Positions 19,936-30,768 of a stretch of DNA of 64,000 nt are shown here, piece by piece. Positions within the stretch are counted from its first letter, which is position 1. Each line of letters opens with the position of its first letter. Where the stretch lies: the NCBI GenBank assembly GCA_965216465.1, contig CBDCFW010000005.1, positions 512,001 through 576,000 on the forward strand, read 5' to 3'. The notes below the pieces were generated by a model. That model worked only from the letters and a program-made list of their open reading frames with translations. It was not told the origin of the DNA and made no database searches. Origin of the DNA: Bacteroidia bacterium (lineage in GTDB: Bacteria; Bacteroidota; Bacteroidia; NS11-12g; UBA9320). A program made the translations under genes and the position numbers.

Positions 19936-21302
19936 GTTTCAACTTTGCTTACAGAAATAAGCTCGTAAGATCTTGGAATTGGATTAGCCAAGAAACCATT
20001 CATTATTCGCTTGATGTCGTTGTTGTTTTTATAAGGTTGTATGCAATCAATCATATCCTCAATTGAGAAATTCTGATCGCTGTCGATAAATCCAAATCCC
20101 TTGTAATCGCCCTGGTCGATATAGACTATTGATTTTTCTTGCTTCGTTCTACCCTGACCTACGATCAATAAACTTTCTTTAGCTTCCATCTCATCGCGAA
20201 CAGCAATAACTCGTGCATTATAATCTTCTATCGATTCTTCTTTATTACAAAGCTTACATTCATCTCCAAGGTAACAATTCGATTTGGTACGCTCAAGGCC
20301 AGTATGCTTAGGACATAGTTCGTTTTTCTCCACCAATTTGTACAAGAAATCTTTGGCCATAACCATCGAACTGAAGCTCATAATGCTATTGTTAGCGTAT
20401 TTTTTTAGAAATACATCTATACGAAGAACACCATCTTGGCCCTCATAATAACACACATGATAGTTTTGATGCTTAAATTTTTGTGCCTTGTTATACGGGG
20501 GAAAGTGTTTCTTAATCTCATCAGACTCTAATAAGAGCGCCACCAGTTCATTCCCCGTTTCAGTGCAGCTAACATGATGTATCCTTCGAAGAAGTTCAGA
20601 TTTTTTCCTTGACTTCTCGTTAAAGTGTGTGGTCATCCGTTGCTTAACATTCTTTGCCTTTCCAACATATAGCACTTCCATATTGGGGCCAAGCATGTAA
20701 TAAACACCCGGTTTTTCAGACAATTCTTCATACTCCTTTTTATCAAGATTAGGTGGAATAGTGGCTTCTCTATTCAGTTGATTAAGCGAGTATTCAACAA
20801 AGTTGTCTTTATCTCTTTGGTTAAGGATATGAAAAAGTTCAACGGTGGCCAATGCATCTCCCATGGCCCGATGTCTATTGGAGTTCGTTATGCCCAGATC
20901 TGCACTAATTTTTCCCAATGAGTAAGAATTGTGGCCAGGAATTATTCCTTTTGCTAAGCGCACAGTGCACAATTTCTTTTTATTAAACGCTACTCCAATA
21001 TCTTCAAAGTGGTTCTTTATTATTCCATAGTCGAAGCTAACATTATGAGCTACAAATACAGTATCATTAAGCTGTTGAGATATTTCATCTGCGACCTCTT
21101 CAAATCGAGGTGCATCTTCTACCATGCTGTTGGTTATTCCAGTAAGCAGTGTTATTGATTTTGGAATGAAAACCTCAGGATTAATCAAGGTCTCGTATTT
21201 GCTTAATATCTGCTCACCATCTGTTTTTACAATGGCAATTTCTGTAATTCTATTTCCATGAGAGCCTCCAGTGGTTTCAATATCTACAATAGAATAATTC
21301 AT
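19932..21302 (-). CDS. DEDDh exonuclease (DNA Pol III epsilon-like) fused to GIY-YIG domain
   Basis: IVDIETTG, FVAHNVSFD, HRAMGDA; PGVYYM...LYVGKAKNVKQR. Confidence 0.9.
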   Translation of the reverse strand: MNYSIVDIETTGGSHGNRITEIAIVKTDGEQILSKYETLINPEVFIPKSITLLTGITNSMVEDAPRFEEVADEISQQLNDTVFVAHNVSFDYGIIKNHFEDIGVAFNKKKLCTVRLAKGIIPGHNSYSLGKISADLGITNSNRHRAMGDALATVELFHILNQRDKDNFVEYSLNQLNREATIPPNLDKKEYEELSEKPGVYYMLGPNMEVLYVGKAKNVKQRMTTHFNEKSRKKSELLRRIHHVSCTETGNELVALLLESDEIKKHFPPYNKAQKFKHQNYHVCYYEGQDGVLRIDVFLKKYANNSIMSFSSMVMAKDFLYKLVEKNELCPKHTGLERTKSNCYLGDECKLCNKEESIEDYNARVIAVRDEMEAKESLLIVGQGRTKQEKSIVYIDQGDYKGFGFIDSDQNFSIEDMIDCIQPYKNNNDIKRIMNGFLANPIPRSYELISVSKVET

Positions 21303-21341
21303 TTAGGCTCAGAGGGGGGGTTAGGGTTGAGTTGGCATAGA

Positions 21342-22307
21342 TTAAAAAAGTTTTTCAATTATTGAATCAGAAGAAACACCTTCTGCTTCAGCTTTGTAGT
21401 TGCGAACTACACGATGACGCAATACCATCTTAGCAACAGCTTGTACATCTTCAATATCTGGAGAGTACTTTCCATTAATTAATGCATTCGCTTTAGCTCC
21501 AATTATCAAGTATTGTGAAGCTCTTGGTCCTGCACCGTAATCGATGTATTGGTTTACGTGGTCGGTTGCAAGAGCTCTTCCTGCTCTTGTTTTACCTACC
21601 AAGTTTACTGCATATTCATACACATTATCTGCAACAGGTACCTTTTTAACTAGGTTCTGGAAGCCAACAATCTCTTCTTGAGTTAACACCTTGTTTACCG
21701 AAGCCATCTTGTTCGAAGTAGTTGCTTTTACAATGCTTATTTCTTCTTCTGTTGAAGGATAGTCTAACACCATATTGAACATAAATCTATCCAATTGTGC
21801 TTCTGGTAAAGGGTAGGTACCTTCTTGTTCAATTGGATTTTGAGTGGCAAGCACAAAGAAGGGTTGAGGCAGCTCATATTTTTCGCCTGAAACCGTAACT
21901 GTTTTTTCTTGCATTGCCTCAAGTAATGCCGCTTGAGTTTTGGGAGGCGTTCTGTTAATCTCGTCTGCAAGAACAATATTGGCAAAAACAGGACCTTTGT
22001 TAAATTTAAAGCTTCTGTTCTCGTCGAGTATTTCAGCACCGATAATATCGCTCGGCATTAAATCTGGAGTAAACTGAATTCGGTTGAAACTCATATCTAG
22101 AGCTTCGGAAATTGTTTTGATTAACAACGTTTTAGCCAAGCCTGGCACCCCTATAAGTAAGGCATGACCATTACTTATAATACTGGTAATTACGCCATTA
22201 ATTACATCGTGTTGGCCAATAATTACTTTACCAATTTCCTTTTTAAGTTCCTCAACTTTTAAACTTAATGCATCTGCAGCCTTCTTATCGTCGCTAAAAT
22301 CTATCAT
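21342..22307 (-). CDS. MoxR-family AAA+ ATPase
   Basis: GVPGLAKT, RIQFTPDLMPSD, LADEINR, ATQNPIEQEGTYPLPEAQLDRF. Confidence 0.95.
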   Translation of the reverse strand: MIDFSDDKKAADALSLKVEELKKEIGKVIIGQHDVINGVITSIISNGHALLIGVPGLAKTLLIKTISEALDMSFNRIQFTPDLMPSDIIGAEILDENRSFKFNKGPVFANIVLADEINRTPPKTQAALLEAMQEKTVTVSGEKYELPQPFFVLATQNPIEQEGTYPLPEAQLDRFMFNMVLDYPSTEEEISIVKATTSNKMASVNKVLTQEEIVGFQNLVKKVPVADNVYEYAVNLVGKTRAGRALATDHVNQYIDYGAGPRASQYLIIGAKANALINGKYSPDIEDVQAVAKMVLRHRVVRNYKAEAEGVSSDSIIEKLF

Positions 22308-22308
22308 G

Positions 22309-23658
22309 TCAATTACTCAATCCTTTCCAAGCTTTTAATTCGTTACAATTCTTGTATTTATCATCTATCCAGACATAAACACCCGATTTATAAGATTCAA
22401 CCCATTCATTTATGGTTTCTTCTTGCTTTTGTTCTAACGCCAATTTTTGAATTTTCTGATAATCATCTTTCAAATTAGCTTTATGAGCTGGGTTTGAGTC
22501 TTTGTAATAAAAGAATCGATATGCAACAGAACCATCATAATTGATAAATTGTTCAGGCTTTGAGTATTGGCCAAGCGATAAGCTTGCTAATCGTTGAGCA
22601 ATTAATGGTTGCAGGTTTGTTACAGGCACTTGCTGTGAACCTGTTACTGGATCAGTGTAGTACCCACAGTTATCTTTTGTATAGGGGTCAGTACTGTAGG
22701 TCGATGCAACATGACATAAATTAATGCTATCTGACTCTAACCCATCAATAAGATCATTCATTTGGTTGATAAGCTTTAAATAGTCATTCTTAACGATTAG
22801 TGGTTTAATCAGAATGTGTCGAACATTCACCTTCTCCCCTTTTCTATCGATAAGCTGAAGAATGTGGTAACCAAATTCGGTCTCAATAATCTCTGAAATT
22901 GAATCTTTCTTCAATTTAAACGCCATTCTTTCGAATGCACTAACCATCTGACCACGAGAGAAATAACCAGTTTCCCCTCCATTAATAGCCGACCCTTTAT
23001 CGTCGCTTTGTGTTTTGGCTGCAAAATCAAACTTGTACAATCCTGAAACAATTTCTTCTCTAATTTTCTCAAGCTTCTCACGAGCATAATCTTTCGCATA
23101 CTGATTTGGTTTCGGAGACATCGTAACCTGTGCCAATTCTACTTCTTGTCCGAAGGTAGGCAGGCTATCTGTTGGCATATTATTAAAGAACTGACGTACT
23201 TCGGTTGGAGATACTTTAACACTAGTAATTAACCCTTGTTGGACCTGCTGAATAATCATTTGATCCTCAATCTTAGGCTTCATTAAGTCTTTGTACTCAG
23301 CAATTGATTTTCCGAGGTATTTCTCAAGTTTTTCTTCTCCACCAATTTGAGAGGCGTAGTGTTGTATTCTTCTATCAACTTCGGCATTAACACGATCTGC
23401 CGCAGCATAGGTACTGTCGAGATCACCTTTGTGCAGATACAATTTTTGAATAATTAATTGATTCAATATTTCGCACTTTAGGTCTCCATCGTAAAAGTCC
23501 ATTTCTGATTTAGCTTGTAGGTATTCTACTTCCAACTCAGATCTCATAATGATATTGTCTCCCACTACGGCTACAATTTCATCCAGAACTTTTCCATCGC
23601 TTTGTGCAATGGCCTGCATTCCTGCAAATAGGAATATGGCTAGTATAATCTTTTTCAA
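22309..23658 (-). CDS. surA: SurA-like peptidyl-prolyl isomerase/chaperone
   Basis: LDEIVAVVG N-domain; parvulin motifs SDDKGSAINGG, FERMAF, ETEFGYHI, RHIL. Confidence 0.8.
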   Translation of the reverse strand: MKKIILAIFLFAGMQAIAQSDGKVLDEIVAVVGDNIIMRSELEVEYLQAKSEMDFYDGDLKCEILNQLIIQKLYLHKGDLDSTYAAADRVNAEVDRRIQHYASQIGGEEKLEKYLGKSIAEYKDLMKPKIEDQMIIQQVQQGLITSVKVSPTEVRQFFNNMPTDSLPTFGQEVELAQVTMSPKPNQYAKDYAREKLEKIREEIVSGLYKFDFAAKTQSDDKGSAINGGETGYFSRGQMVSAFERMAFKLKKDSISEIIETEFGYHILQLIDRKGEKVNVRHILIKPLIVKNDYLKLINQMNDLIDGLESDSINLCHVASTYSTDPYTKDNCGYYTDPVTGSQQVPVTNLQPLIAQRLASLSLGQYSKPEQFINYDGSVAYRFFYYKDSNPAHKANLKDDYQKIQKLALEQKQEETINEWVESYKSGVYVWIDDKYKNCNELKAWKGLSN

Positions 23659-24491
23659 TGTACTCTTATTTTGTTATTGCTATACGCTTTTGTTATCAAT
23701 TTTGTTTCAATTGATTTGATAAGTGCTTGCTGACGTTTCATTAATAGAATCTTTCTAATGTTGTCTTTCTCTAACGAAAAAGGAGACGTATTGCTTCTTA
23801 TTTTGAAATCAATAATCTTAACAAAGTAAAGAAAGTCACCATCTTTTAGTTGAATAAACTTATTATTATTCAAATAATGTTCTTGATTGTAGGTGTTGAT
23901 TGGAACTTCTTTTAAAATATCATCGAAGAACACCCACGAGTTTTTATCGGTATAATAGTTCCCTCCTTCTTTTGACAACTCAATCAATTTTGCATTTACT
24001 GATTCGTCTCCAGCCTTAAAATTAGACCACAGCAGATCAATATCTTCGGAAGCCTCAGGAATTTTAAAGAAGTTAATCTTCAAAATATTTTGTGAAAGTT
24101 CAAATTCGCTGATATGTTGGTTATAGTATTCTTCAAGTTCGATGTTCGTAAAGCTCGTATCCATTTGTTGCATCGAGAGTTTGTTCAGAACATCATAAAT
24201 AAGCAAGTCGTTTTTGTATTCTTCAAGTTGTGCAGATTTGTCCTTTTCTTTCTCAGTAAGAACAGTGCTAGCCTCGTGTAAGAGCACCTGTTTTGCCAAC
24301 CAAACGTTTATGTATTCTTTCACTAAAAAAACGCTATCCTCAAAACTAATTCCTTCTCGGGTAATGTTTTCTAGTTCTTTATCGTACAGTTTCTCGCCAT
24401 AAGCTTCAGCCAGCACTTTGCCAGGATCTTCTTGTTTGCATGAAGAAACAAGAATTAGAATTGCTGATATAATGGGAAGAATCTTGAACAA
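23655..24491 (-). CDS. PPIase-cluster lipoprotein
   Basis: Lipobox LVSSC; lies between two PPIase genes. Confidence 0.65.
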   Translation of the reverse strand: MFKILPIISAILILVSSCKQEDPGKVLAEAYGEKLYDKELENITREGISFEDSVFLVKEYINVWLAKQVLLHEASTVLTEKEKDKSAQLEEYKNDLLIYDVLNKLSMQQMDTSFTNIELEEYYNQHISEFELSQNILKINFFKIPEASEDIDLLWSNFKAGDESVNAKLIELSKEGGNYYTDKNSWVFFDDILKEVPINTYNQEHYLNNNKFIQLKDGDFLYFVKIIDFKIRSNTSPFSLEKDNIRKILLMKRQQALIKSIETKLITKAYSNNKIRVH

Positions 24492-26450
24492 TTAGTATAG
24501 TCTCTTAACGTTGTCTTGGTAGATTTTAACAGGGAACTTAGTTCTTAACTCTTCAAGCCATAGTGCTTCCAAGTGATTTTGGTAATCTGATGTTGCTTGA
24601 CCCAGATTTTCTTCCATAGGTTTTAATGATGGAGCCAAAATTTCATTGATCTGAACAAATTTCACTCGGTCATTTTCACCAGAAAGGCTGTAAATTCCCT
24701 TCGCCCAATCAATATCAGCTAGCAGTTTATTAGAACCGCGCTCGTACTTTTTAGTTTCTGTACTCACTGCGAGTGCGTCTTTTTCGTTGCACTTTTTAAC
24801 AATTTCATAGGATGGCATTCCTTTCTTAGCAAGCTTCATTGCCTTCTTAGCGGTTTTTTCGTCTTTACAACTAAAGATAACAGCGTCTGCACGCTCTGCC
24901 CATAGGTAATTGGCTTGATTGTCAATATAAAATTGTGCAAGACCTGCACTATCATTTACTGCTTTGCTCCAAACTTCTTGATCAGTAAGTTCAAAGAGAA
25001 GTATACCGTCTTTGTACTCTTTCATGATGTGTTTGAAGTCTTGATATTTCAATTCAAGTATACTTTCTTCATAAGCCAAGTTCGAAACGTTGGTGTACTG
25101 CGTGTAGAATCCTTGCACTACTGCTTTGAGGTCTTGATTAATCATGCCCTGCTTACTTTCAAGATAATCATAGAAGTCGGCATCGGTATAGTCTTTGTCA
25201 CCAATGCGGAATAAAACAACTCCAGTTTCTTTAGGTCTTTCAAAGTTATTCTTCAATAAGCCTTCTGAAATCTTATTGATAACTGAATCTACACCGTGCA
25301 CTTCTGTATATCCATTTTCTTTTTTCACGCGCTTTACAACAACTTCTTTGTTAAGTTCGCTTCGGCTGTCGCGTTCAACTTTTCTTCGTAATCGATCTTT
25401 CGATTCTTCAAAAGTTGGGACAGGTTTAACTGACATGCGCTTGATGATGTGCCATCCAAACTTTGTTCTAAATGGTGTTGAATAGTCTCCGTCGTTTGCT
25501 AAGCTGAAAGCAATGTCTTTAAACTCCGGTGGTACATTATTAGTCGTTCGATTAAACCAATTGAGTTCTCCACCTCTGCTATTGGTGTTAAAATCTTCAG
25601 AAAACTCTTCAACCAATACATCCCACTGTTCACCTTCAACTAGTTTTTGGTAAACCGCATCAATTCTTCTTTTGGTGCTATCTACCTCTCCTTCGTTGTA
25701 AAATTTAATCATCAAGTGAGCTACCTTAACGTCGCCTAACGAGTTTCTTTTGTCTTTTAGGTAAATGATATGGTAGCCAAACTCAGTTCGAATAGGCATG
25801 CTTACATCACCAATCTTCATATTAAATGCAGCATTTTCAAAAGGGTAAATCATTTGAAACGCTGTGAAGTATCCAAGATTACCGTTGTTTACTCGAGCTG
25901 ATTGGTCGTCGGAAAATGAAGTAGCTAAATCTTCAAAGTCTTCGCCGTTTTCAAGAACACGCGTACGGTATCCCATCAATTTGTTATAAGCGATTAGTGT
26001 GTCGGTAGGAGATGCATCTGGGGCACATGCCGCCATAATGTGGCTTGCGTTTACTTCTATAATACTTCTGTCGTAGGCTTCTTTCACCAATCTATCCGTA
26101 ACACTTTTATCAGTTAAATATGGTTGTGCTAATTGATTTCTATAACCTGCAAGCTCACGAATAAAAGATGGAATTGTATCCATTTTGCGACTATAAGCTT
26201 CAGCAACTTTCAGTTTAAATTTCACATAGAGATCTAAATATTCTTCAATCTCTTCTTGGGTTGGAGCTGCGTCGTCGCGCTTATTCTTATTAAAGACACG
26301 CATGAACTCATCGCTGTTTACAGTTTGATCTCCGTAAGAAAATATTTTATATATTTCATCAGGAGATTCATTTACTTGAGTGTTTTGTGCAAATGCAGAA
26401 ACAACCAGAAAAAGAATACCTATCAAACCAAAAGCTCTAATTTTAATCAT
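24492..26450 (-). CDS. Parvulin-type peptidyl-prolyl isomerase (two rotamase domains)
   Basis: ASHIM...GNLGYF...FENAAF...RTEFGYHI and VAHLM...GGELNWF...RTKFGWHI. Confidence 0.9.
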   Translation of the reverse strand: MIKIRAFGLIGILFLVVSAFAQNTQVNESPDEIYKIFSYGDQTVNSDEFMRVFNKNKRDDAAPTQEEIEEYLDLYVKFKLKVAEAYSRKMDTIPSFIRELAGYRNQLAQPYLTDKSVTDRLVKEAYDRSIIEVNASHIMAACAPDASPTDTLIAYNKLMGYRTRVLENGEDFEDLATSFSDDQSARVNNGNLGYFTAFQMIYPFENAAFNMKIGDVSMPIRTEFGYHIIYLKDKRNSLGDVKVAHLMIKFYNEGEVDSTKRRIDAVYQKLVEGEQWDVLVEEFSEDFNTNSRGGELNWFNRTTNNVPPEFKDIAFSLANDGDYSTPFRTKFGWHIIKRMSVKPVPTFEESKDRLRRKVERDSRSELNKEVVVKRVKKENGYTEVHGVDSVINKISEGLLKNNFERPKETGVVLFRIGDKDYTDADFYDYLESKQGMINQDLKAVVQGFYTQYTNVSNLAYEESILELKYQDFKHIMKEYKDGILLFELTDQEVWSKAVNDSAGLAQFYIDNQANYLWAERADAVIFSCKDEKTAKKAMKLAKKGMPSYEIVKKCNEKDALAVSTETKKYERGSNKLLADIDWAKGIYSLSGENDRVKFVQINEILAPSLKPMEENLGQATSDYQNHLEALWLEELRTKFPVKIYQDNVKRLY

Positions 26451-26597
26451 AGTTTATTATTTCAAAATAAGTCGCGAATTTAATGATTTCTAGGCGACAG
26501 TTTTTATGCAAGACCTTATTTTAAACTGATTAATTGCCAAACTATTACATCCCTGATAGAAAGATTAATACATTTGATGGAAATTTAAACCCTTAAC

Positions 26598-27608
26598 ATG
26601 ACATTTAGAGGATCATACCTTCCTGATTTTCACGACCAAGCATTTGTAGAAGAAGTTATAAGCAAATGGAATACCGGAGCCAAATCGTTTACGTTAAAAA
26701 CTTCGGGTTCTACCGGTCCTCCGCGTGACATAGAGCTCGATCGTAAGTTATTGGTTTGGAGTTCAGAGCAAACCAAAAAGCGCCTCAAGCTTAATGAAGA
26801 ACATGTTTTTTGTTGCTTACCCGTTCAAAAAACAGGAGGATTTATGCAAGTGATTCGTGCCCTTTATTTTGGTTGGGACATTGCATTTGCACCTCCAAGC
26901 TTGAATCCGTTACAAGATGTCGATCCGAGTCTTTATACTGTTATATCCCTCACTCCTACTCAGCTTCAACACATCCTTGAAGAATGTCCAGACAAGCTAA
27001 TCGGGTTTCGTAATGTAATACTGGGTGGGGCTCATGTATTTAACGACTTGATTGAATTGATAGATGGGTTTAATGCAAAACATCCTAAAGTTACTATTTG
27101 GGAGTCTTATGGAATGACCGAAACGGCTAGTCATGTTGCACTAAAAAACCTAAGCACAAAAGAGTTATACTTTACACCTAACGATGATGTAGAAATCACC
27201 TCAATCAAAGGCCAGCTTGGAATTCGAATTCAGCCTTTTGATTTTTACTATGAAACAACCGACTTAGCAGTAATCACGAACAACAAATTTAAAATTTTAG
27301 GTCGGATGGATGACGTTATTAATAGTGCAGGAGTTAAGATTCATCCTACAGAAATTGAACCAAAAATTAGAGATATCCTCGCTGGATTAAGAATATTTCG
27401 CAAGCTATATTTAACGAAACGCAACGACCACGAATTGGGTGAAAAAGCGGTATTAGTGCTCGAAGGAGAGCCAATTCAGGACCATGAATTTATTTTAGAA
27501 CTGCTTAAACGTGAATTGCCGCCATACCAATCTCCAAAGGAGTTGCACTTCGTAGAAAATATCGTTTATACCAACACCGGAAAAGTGATGCGTAAAGCCG
27601 TAGATTAA
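26598..27608 (+). CDS. AMP-binding enzyme, MenE-like acyl-CoA ligase
   Basis: TSGSTGPP, SYGMTETASH, TTDL, GRMDDVINSAGVK, TGKV. Confidence 0.8.
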   Translation: MTFRGSYLPDFHDQAFVEEVISKWNTGAKSFTLKTSGSTGPPRDIELDRKLLVWSSEQTKKRLKLNEEHVFCCLPVQKTGGFMQVIRALYFGWDIAFAPPSLNPLQDVDPSLYTVISLTPTQLQHILEECPDKLIGFRNVILGGAHVFNDLIELIDGFNAKHPKVTIWESYGMTETASHVALKNLSTKELYFTPNDDVEITSIKGQLGIRIQPFDFYYETTDLAVITNNKFKILGRMDDVINSAGVKIHPTEIEPKIRDILAGLRIFRKLYLTKRNDHELGEKAVLVLEGEPIQDHEFILELLKRELPPYQSPKELHFVENIVYTNTGKVMRKAVD

Positions 27609-27623
27609 TCTACTTTTGCAGCC

Positions 27624-28265
27624 GTGGGAAAGAAAGGAAAGCTTCAAAAATTTGCTGAAGTAACAGCGTTTGAAAATTGCTTTGAATATGCCAAAGAAAT
27701 GAAAGGCAAATGGAAAAGCGATTATTTCAAAAACGACAATCCAATTACTGTAGAATTGGCTTGCGGCAAAGGCGAATACACTGTTGGTTTAGCTGAGAGA
27801 TTTCCAGATCGAAACTTTATTGGAATTGATGTTAAAGGAAATAGGATTTGGAAAGGAGCAAAATATGCTCTTGAAAAAGGTTTAAAAAATGTAGGCTTTC
27901 ATCGCTTGATGATAGGCAACATAGAAGAATACTTTGCAGTGGGCGAAATCGACGAATTCTGGATTACTTTTCCTGACCCGCAACACGCAAAAGAAAGAAA
28001 ACGTCTAACTAATGCAATGTTTCTAGATCGGTATCGCAACATTTCTAAACCCGGTGCTGTGATGAATTTGAAATCAGATTCAACCCGGTTCTACGATTAC
28101 ACTAAGGAAGTAATTGAAGACCAAAAATTGGAAGTTCTGGCTGACTCAAACGACATTTATAATTGGGATGATATTCCTGAGCATTTAGCTAATATTCAGA
28201 CATTTTACGAAAAGATGTGGCTGAGTGACGGCAAAAAGATCAAATACCTACGTTACGTCCTTTAG
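27624..28265 (+). CDS. trmB: tRNA (guanine-N7)-methyltransferase
   Basis: VELACGKGEY, NFIGIDVKG, WITFPDP, LKSDS; TACTTTTG -7 element at 27611-27618. Confidence 0.93.
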   Translation: MGKKGKLQKFAEVTAFENCFEYAKEMKGKWKSDYFKNDNPITVELACGKGEYTVGLAERFPDRNFIGIDVKGNRIWKGAKYALEKGLKNVGFHRLMIGNIEEYFAVGEIDEFWITFPDPQHAKERKRLTNAMFLDRYRNISKPGAVMNLKSDSTRFYDYTKEVIEDQKLEVLADSNDIYNWDDIPEHLANIQTFYEKMWLSDGKKIKYLRYVL

Positions 28266-30166
28266 AATATCTCTGAGAAACCGTATTGATACGGGTTCCC
28301 TATTCTTCTTCTTACGGTAAAGTCTTTAAATTCTAAGGAATCTTTGTCTTTGTTCCAAACGAAGGTTTTAAACTCGGCATTTTTATTTTGCCAATTAATA
28401 TCTGATAATTTGATGGAATGATGTACCCATTGATAATCTAAAGAATCTCGATTTACTAGTCGTCCAAAATCCATCTCACTCCAATGGATATTGCCTTCTT
28501 CTCCTTCGATTACTGCAACAAGTGAATATCTGCTCTGGTTGTCCAATTTCACTTGTACTGAAATATCAATAAAACTGTTGTCACCCAAATACATAGAATC
28601 TAATTTTCTGCTAAAAGAAGGTGACCATTCTGATAAAGAATCTAGCGTGCAATATCTTCTTGACGGAGCATAAGCTTCAGAAACCATAGACTTATTCGGA
28701 ACACTCCAACCCGACCTATCATCTGATTTCGGAAAATGTGTGATTACATACTCTGATCTGTAGTTGTAATTGCTAAATAGCTGTGTACATCCTCCCACAT
28801 AATTATTCTGCCACTTCTTATTCGGATAAAATTCTTGAATTACGGGTATAAAATTGGGATTAGTGTTTGACCAAGCTCCCACATAAACAGCGTGAAACGA
28901 GTCCTTCCTAATCTCTAAAAATTCTCTCAGCTCTAGTTCACTCTTGAATTCATCTAACCAATAAAATGGCGTGTTGTGTTCGAACTTGTTTTTATAATAT
29001 GCTGAAATCTTGCGATGCGAATCAACCAAATACAGCACATCACCATAAACCTTGGCTGAATCCATATCGGTTAAAATGTGTTTATAGTGTGGTGTGGTAA
29101 CCAGTTGGTAATGTTTTCGTGCACCCGTTAAACTTGTAATGCTAAAAAAGAGTATGATAGCTACCATGATCAAATTAAACATTGGTTTTTGCTGCTTGAG
29201 CACTCCAAACAAAGCGATTAACGCAAATGGAAAACCGAAGATCAGCACAGAATACTGCAACACCGAATTGACACGTATTGAGTAGATATAACCAATCAAT
29301 GCAGGGAGAATAGAAATAGCCAGAAAGAATGTCCATTTTTTCCATTGCCATTTTGGTTTACCGCTGGTAGCAATTCCAAGTCCAACTAGAGCTCCTACAA
29401 TTAAGATCAGCGTAAAAGAACCGTGAAATAGATATTGAACGAAGTTTTTAAAGAACTCTTGTGTTGGTTTCGCCAGCCAGCCTTCTACTCCGCCACCACT
29501 GAGCTGATGAAAAAATATGGATAGATGCGGAATATATAAAACCGCCATTCCAAGTGATGCAAGTAAATATTTCAGCCTTAGATGTTTCGGCACAAGCAGC
29601 GTTCCAAACACAACAACCAATCCTGCGAAGAGCAAGCTAAAATGATGGTTGTATGCACACAAGGCCCCGAATAGAACGAAGCCAATCCAATGTATAATTG
29701 GTCGGTTGGAAGTTTCTTTAACAAGTCTTGTAAAGCAATATACCATCATCAACCCGAAGTACATTCCGCTGATATACGGACGGGCGGTAATGCTATACAT
29801 GATAGGGTATTGCAACCCAGCTATCAAGGTAGAAGCGAGTAAGCCTGTAGTTTCATTGAACCAAGCTTTTCCAATTTTAAAGGTTAGCCAGATAGATGCA
29901 ATTCCGGCAAGTGTAAAAGGCAGCTTAATTGCCCATTCGTTCATCCCCACTAATTGTACCCAATAATAAAGAAATACTTGAATTCCAGCCGGGTGACCAT
30001 CAGGCATAACGCCATATTGAATCAGCTCCGAAAACGAAGAAAACTGGGTTCGAAATAGAGCACTAAATTCGTCGTGAGCAAATGGAATTTCAGCGTAGCG
30101 ATAGAAACGCAAGAGCGTTCCGGCTACGAGTATAAATGCCAATATAATCTTGTTGGATAGCTTCAC
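28262..30166 (-). CDS. GT-C / family 39-like membrane glycosyltransferase
   Basis: LRFY...HDEFS, DGHP, ARPY and many transmembrane helices. Confidence 0.8.
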   Translation of the reverse strand: MKLSNKIILAFILVAGTLLRFYRYAEIPFAHDEFSALFRTQFSSFSELIQYGVMPDGHPAGIQVFLYYWVQLVGMNEWAIKLPFTLAGIASIWLTFKIGKAWFNETTGLLASTLIAGLQYPIMYSITARPYISGMYFGLMMVYCFTRLVKETSNRPIIHWIGFVLFGALCAYNHHFSLLFAGLVVVFGTLLVPKHLRLKYLLASLGMAVLYIPHLSIFFHQLSGGGVEGWLAKPTQEFFKNFVQYLFHGSFTLILIVGALVGLGIATSGKPKWQWKKWTFFLAISILPALIGYIYSIRVNSVLQYSVLIFGFPFALIALFGVLKQQKPMFNLIMVAIILFFSITSLTGARKHYQLVTTPHYKHILTDMDSAKVYGDVLYLVDSHRKISAYYKNKFEHNTPFYWLDEFKSELELREFLEIRKDSFHAVYVGAWSNTNPNFIPVIQEFYPNKKWQNNYVGGCTQLFSNYNYRSEYVITHFPKSDDRSGWSVPNKSMVSEAYAPSRRYCTLDSLSEWSPSFSRKLDSMYLGDNSFIDISVQVKLDNQSRYSLVAVIEGEEGNIHWSEMDFGRLVNRDSLDYQWVHHSIKLSDINWQNKNAEFKTFVWNKDKDSLEFKDFTVRRRIGNPYQYGFSEIF

Positions 30167-30204
30167 AAACGTGAACCAAAATTAACAAAATCGGCCACAA
30201 TGGC

Positions 30205-30768
30205 TTACAGGTTGTTTTCGATGTAATCGATTAAAGAATGAATTACCTTAATATGTATTTCTTGGGCGCGGTCTGCATAATTGCTTTTCGGTGCACGTAT
30301 TTCAACGTCGCACAGTCCTGCCATTTTTCCACCGTCTTTTCCGGTTAACCCAATAACCTTCATGCCTTTTGCTTTAGCAGCTTCGATTGCTCGGATAACA
30401 TTGGCACTGTTTCCACTTGTGCTAATTCCTAAGAGTACATCGCCTTTACGACCAACGCCTTCCACATAACGTGAAAAAACATATTCGTAACCGTAATCAT
30501 TGCCTACACATGCCATGTGCGAAGCATCTGCAATGGCGATTGCTCCAATGGCTGGACGATTATCGCGGTACCTGCCTGTTAACTCTTCTGCGAAGTGCAT
30601 GGCATCGCACAGGCTACCACCATTTCCGCACGAAAGAATTTTACCTTCGTTTTTGAGACTATCAACCATTAAAGCACCAGCGGCTTCAATGTTTTTGAAG
30701 TTTTGCTCGTCTGATAAAAATTGGGTTAATACCTCTTGTGCTTCTGTAAAGTGTGCCTTAATGCTCAT
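30205..30768 (-). CDS. gmhA: D-sedoheptulose 7-phosphate isomerase
   Basis: [35 protein letters not shown]. Confidence 0.96.
   Translation of the reverse strand: MSIKAHFTEAQEVLTQFLSDEQNFKNIEAAGALMVDSLKNEGKILSCGNGGSLCDAMHFAEELTGRYRDNRPAIGAIAIADASHMACVGNDYGYEYVFSRYVEGVGRKGDVLLGISTSGNSANVIRAIEAAKAKGMKVIGLTGKDGGKMAGLCDVEIRAPKSNYADRAQEIHIKVIHSLIDYIENNL

Noticed and set aside
21314-21320. G7 tract upstream of the exonuclease gene as a phase-variation site
   Set aside because: Short, intergenic, and precedes a housekeeping gene; no supporting evidence
21342-26450. MoxR ATPase without an adjacent vWA partner
   Set aside because: The PPIase-SurA-MoxR arrangement is, to my knowledge, common in Bacteroidota; partners can be encoded elsewhere
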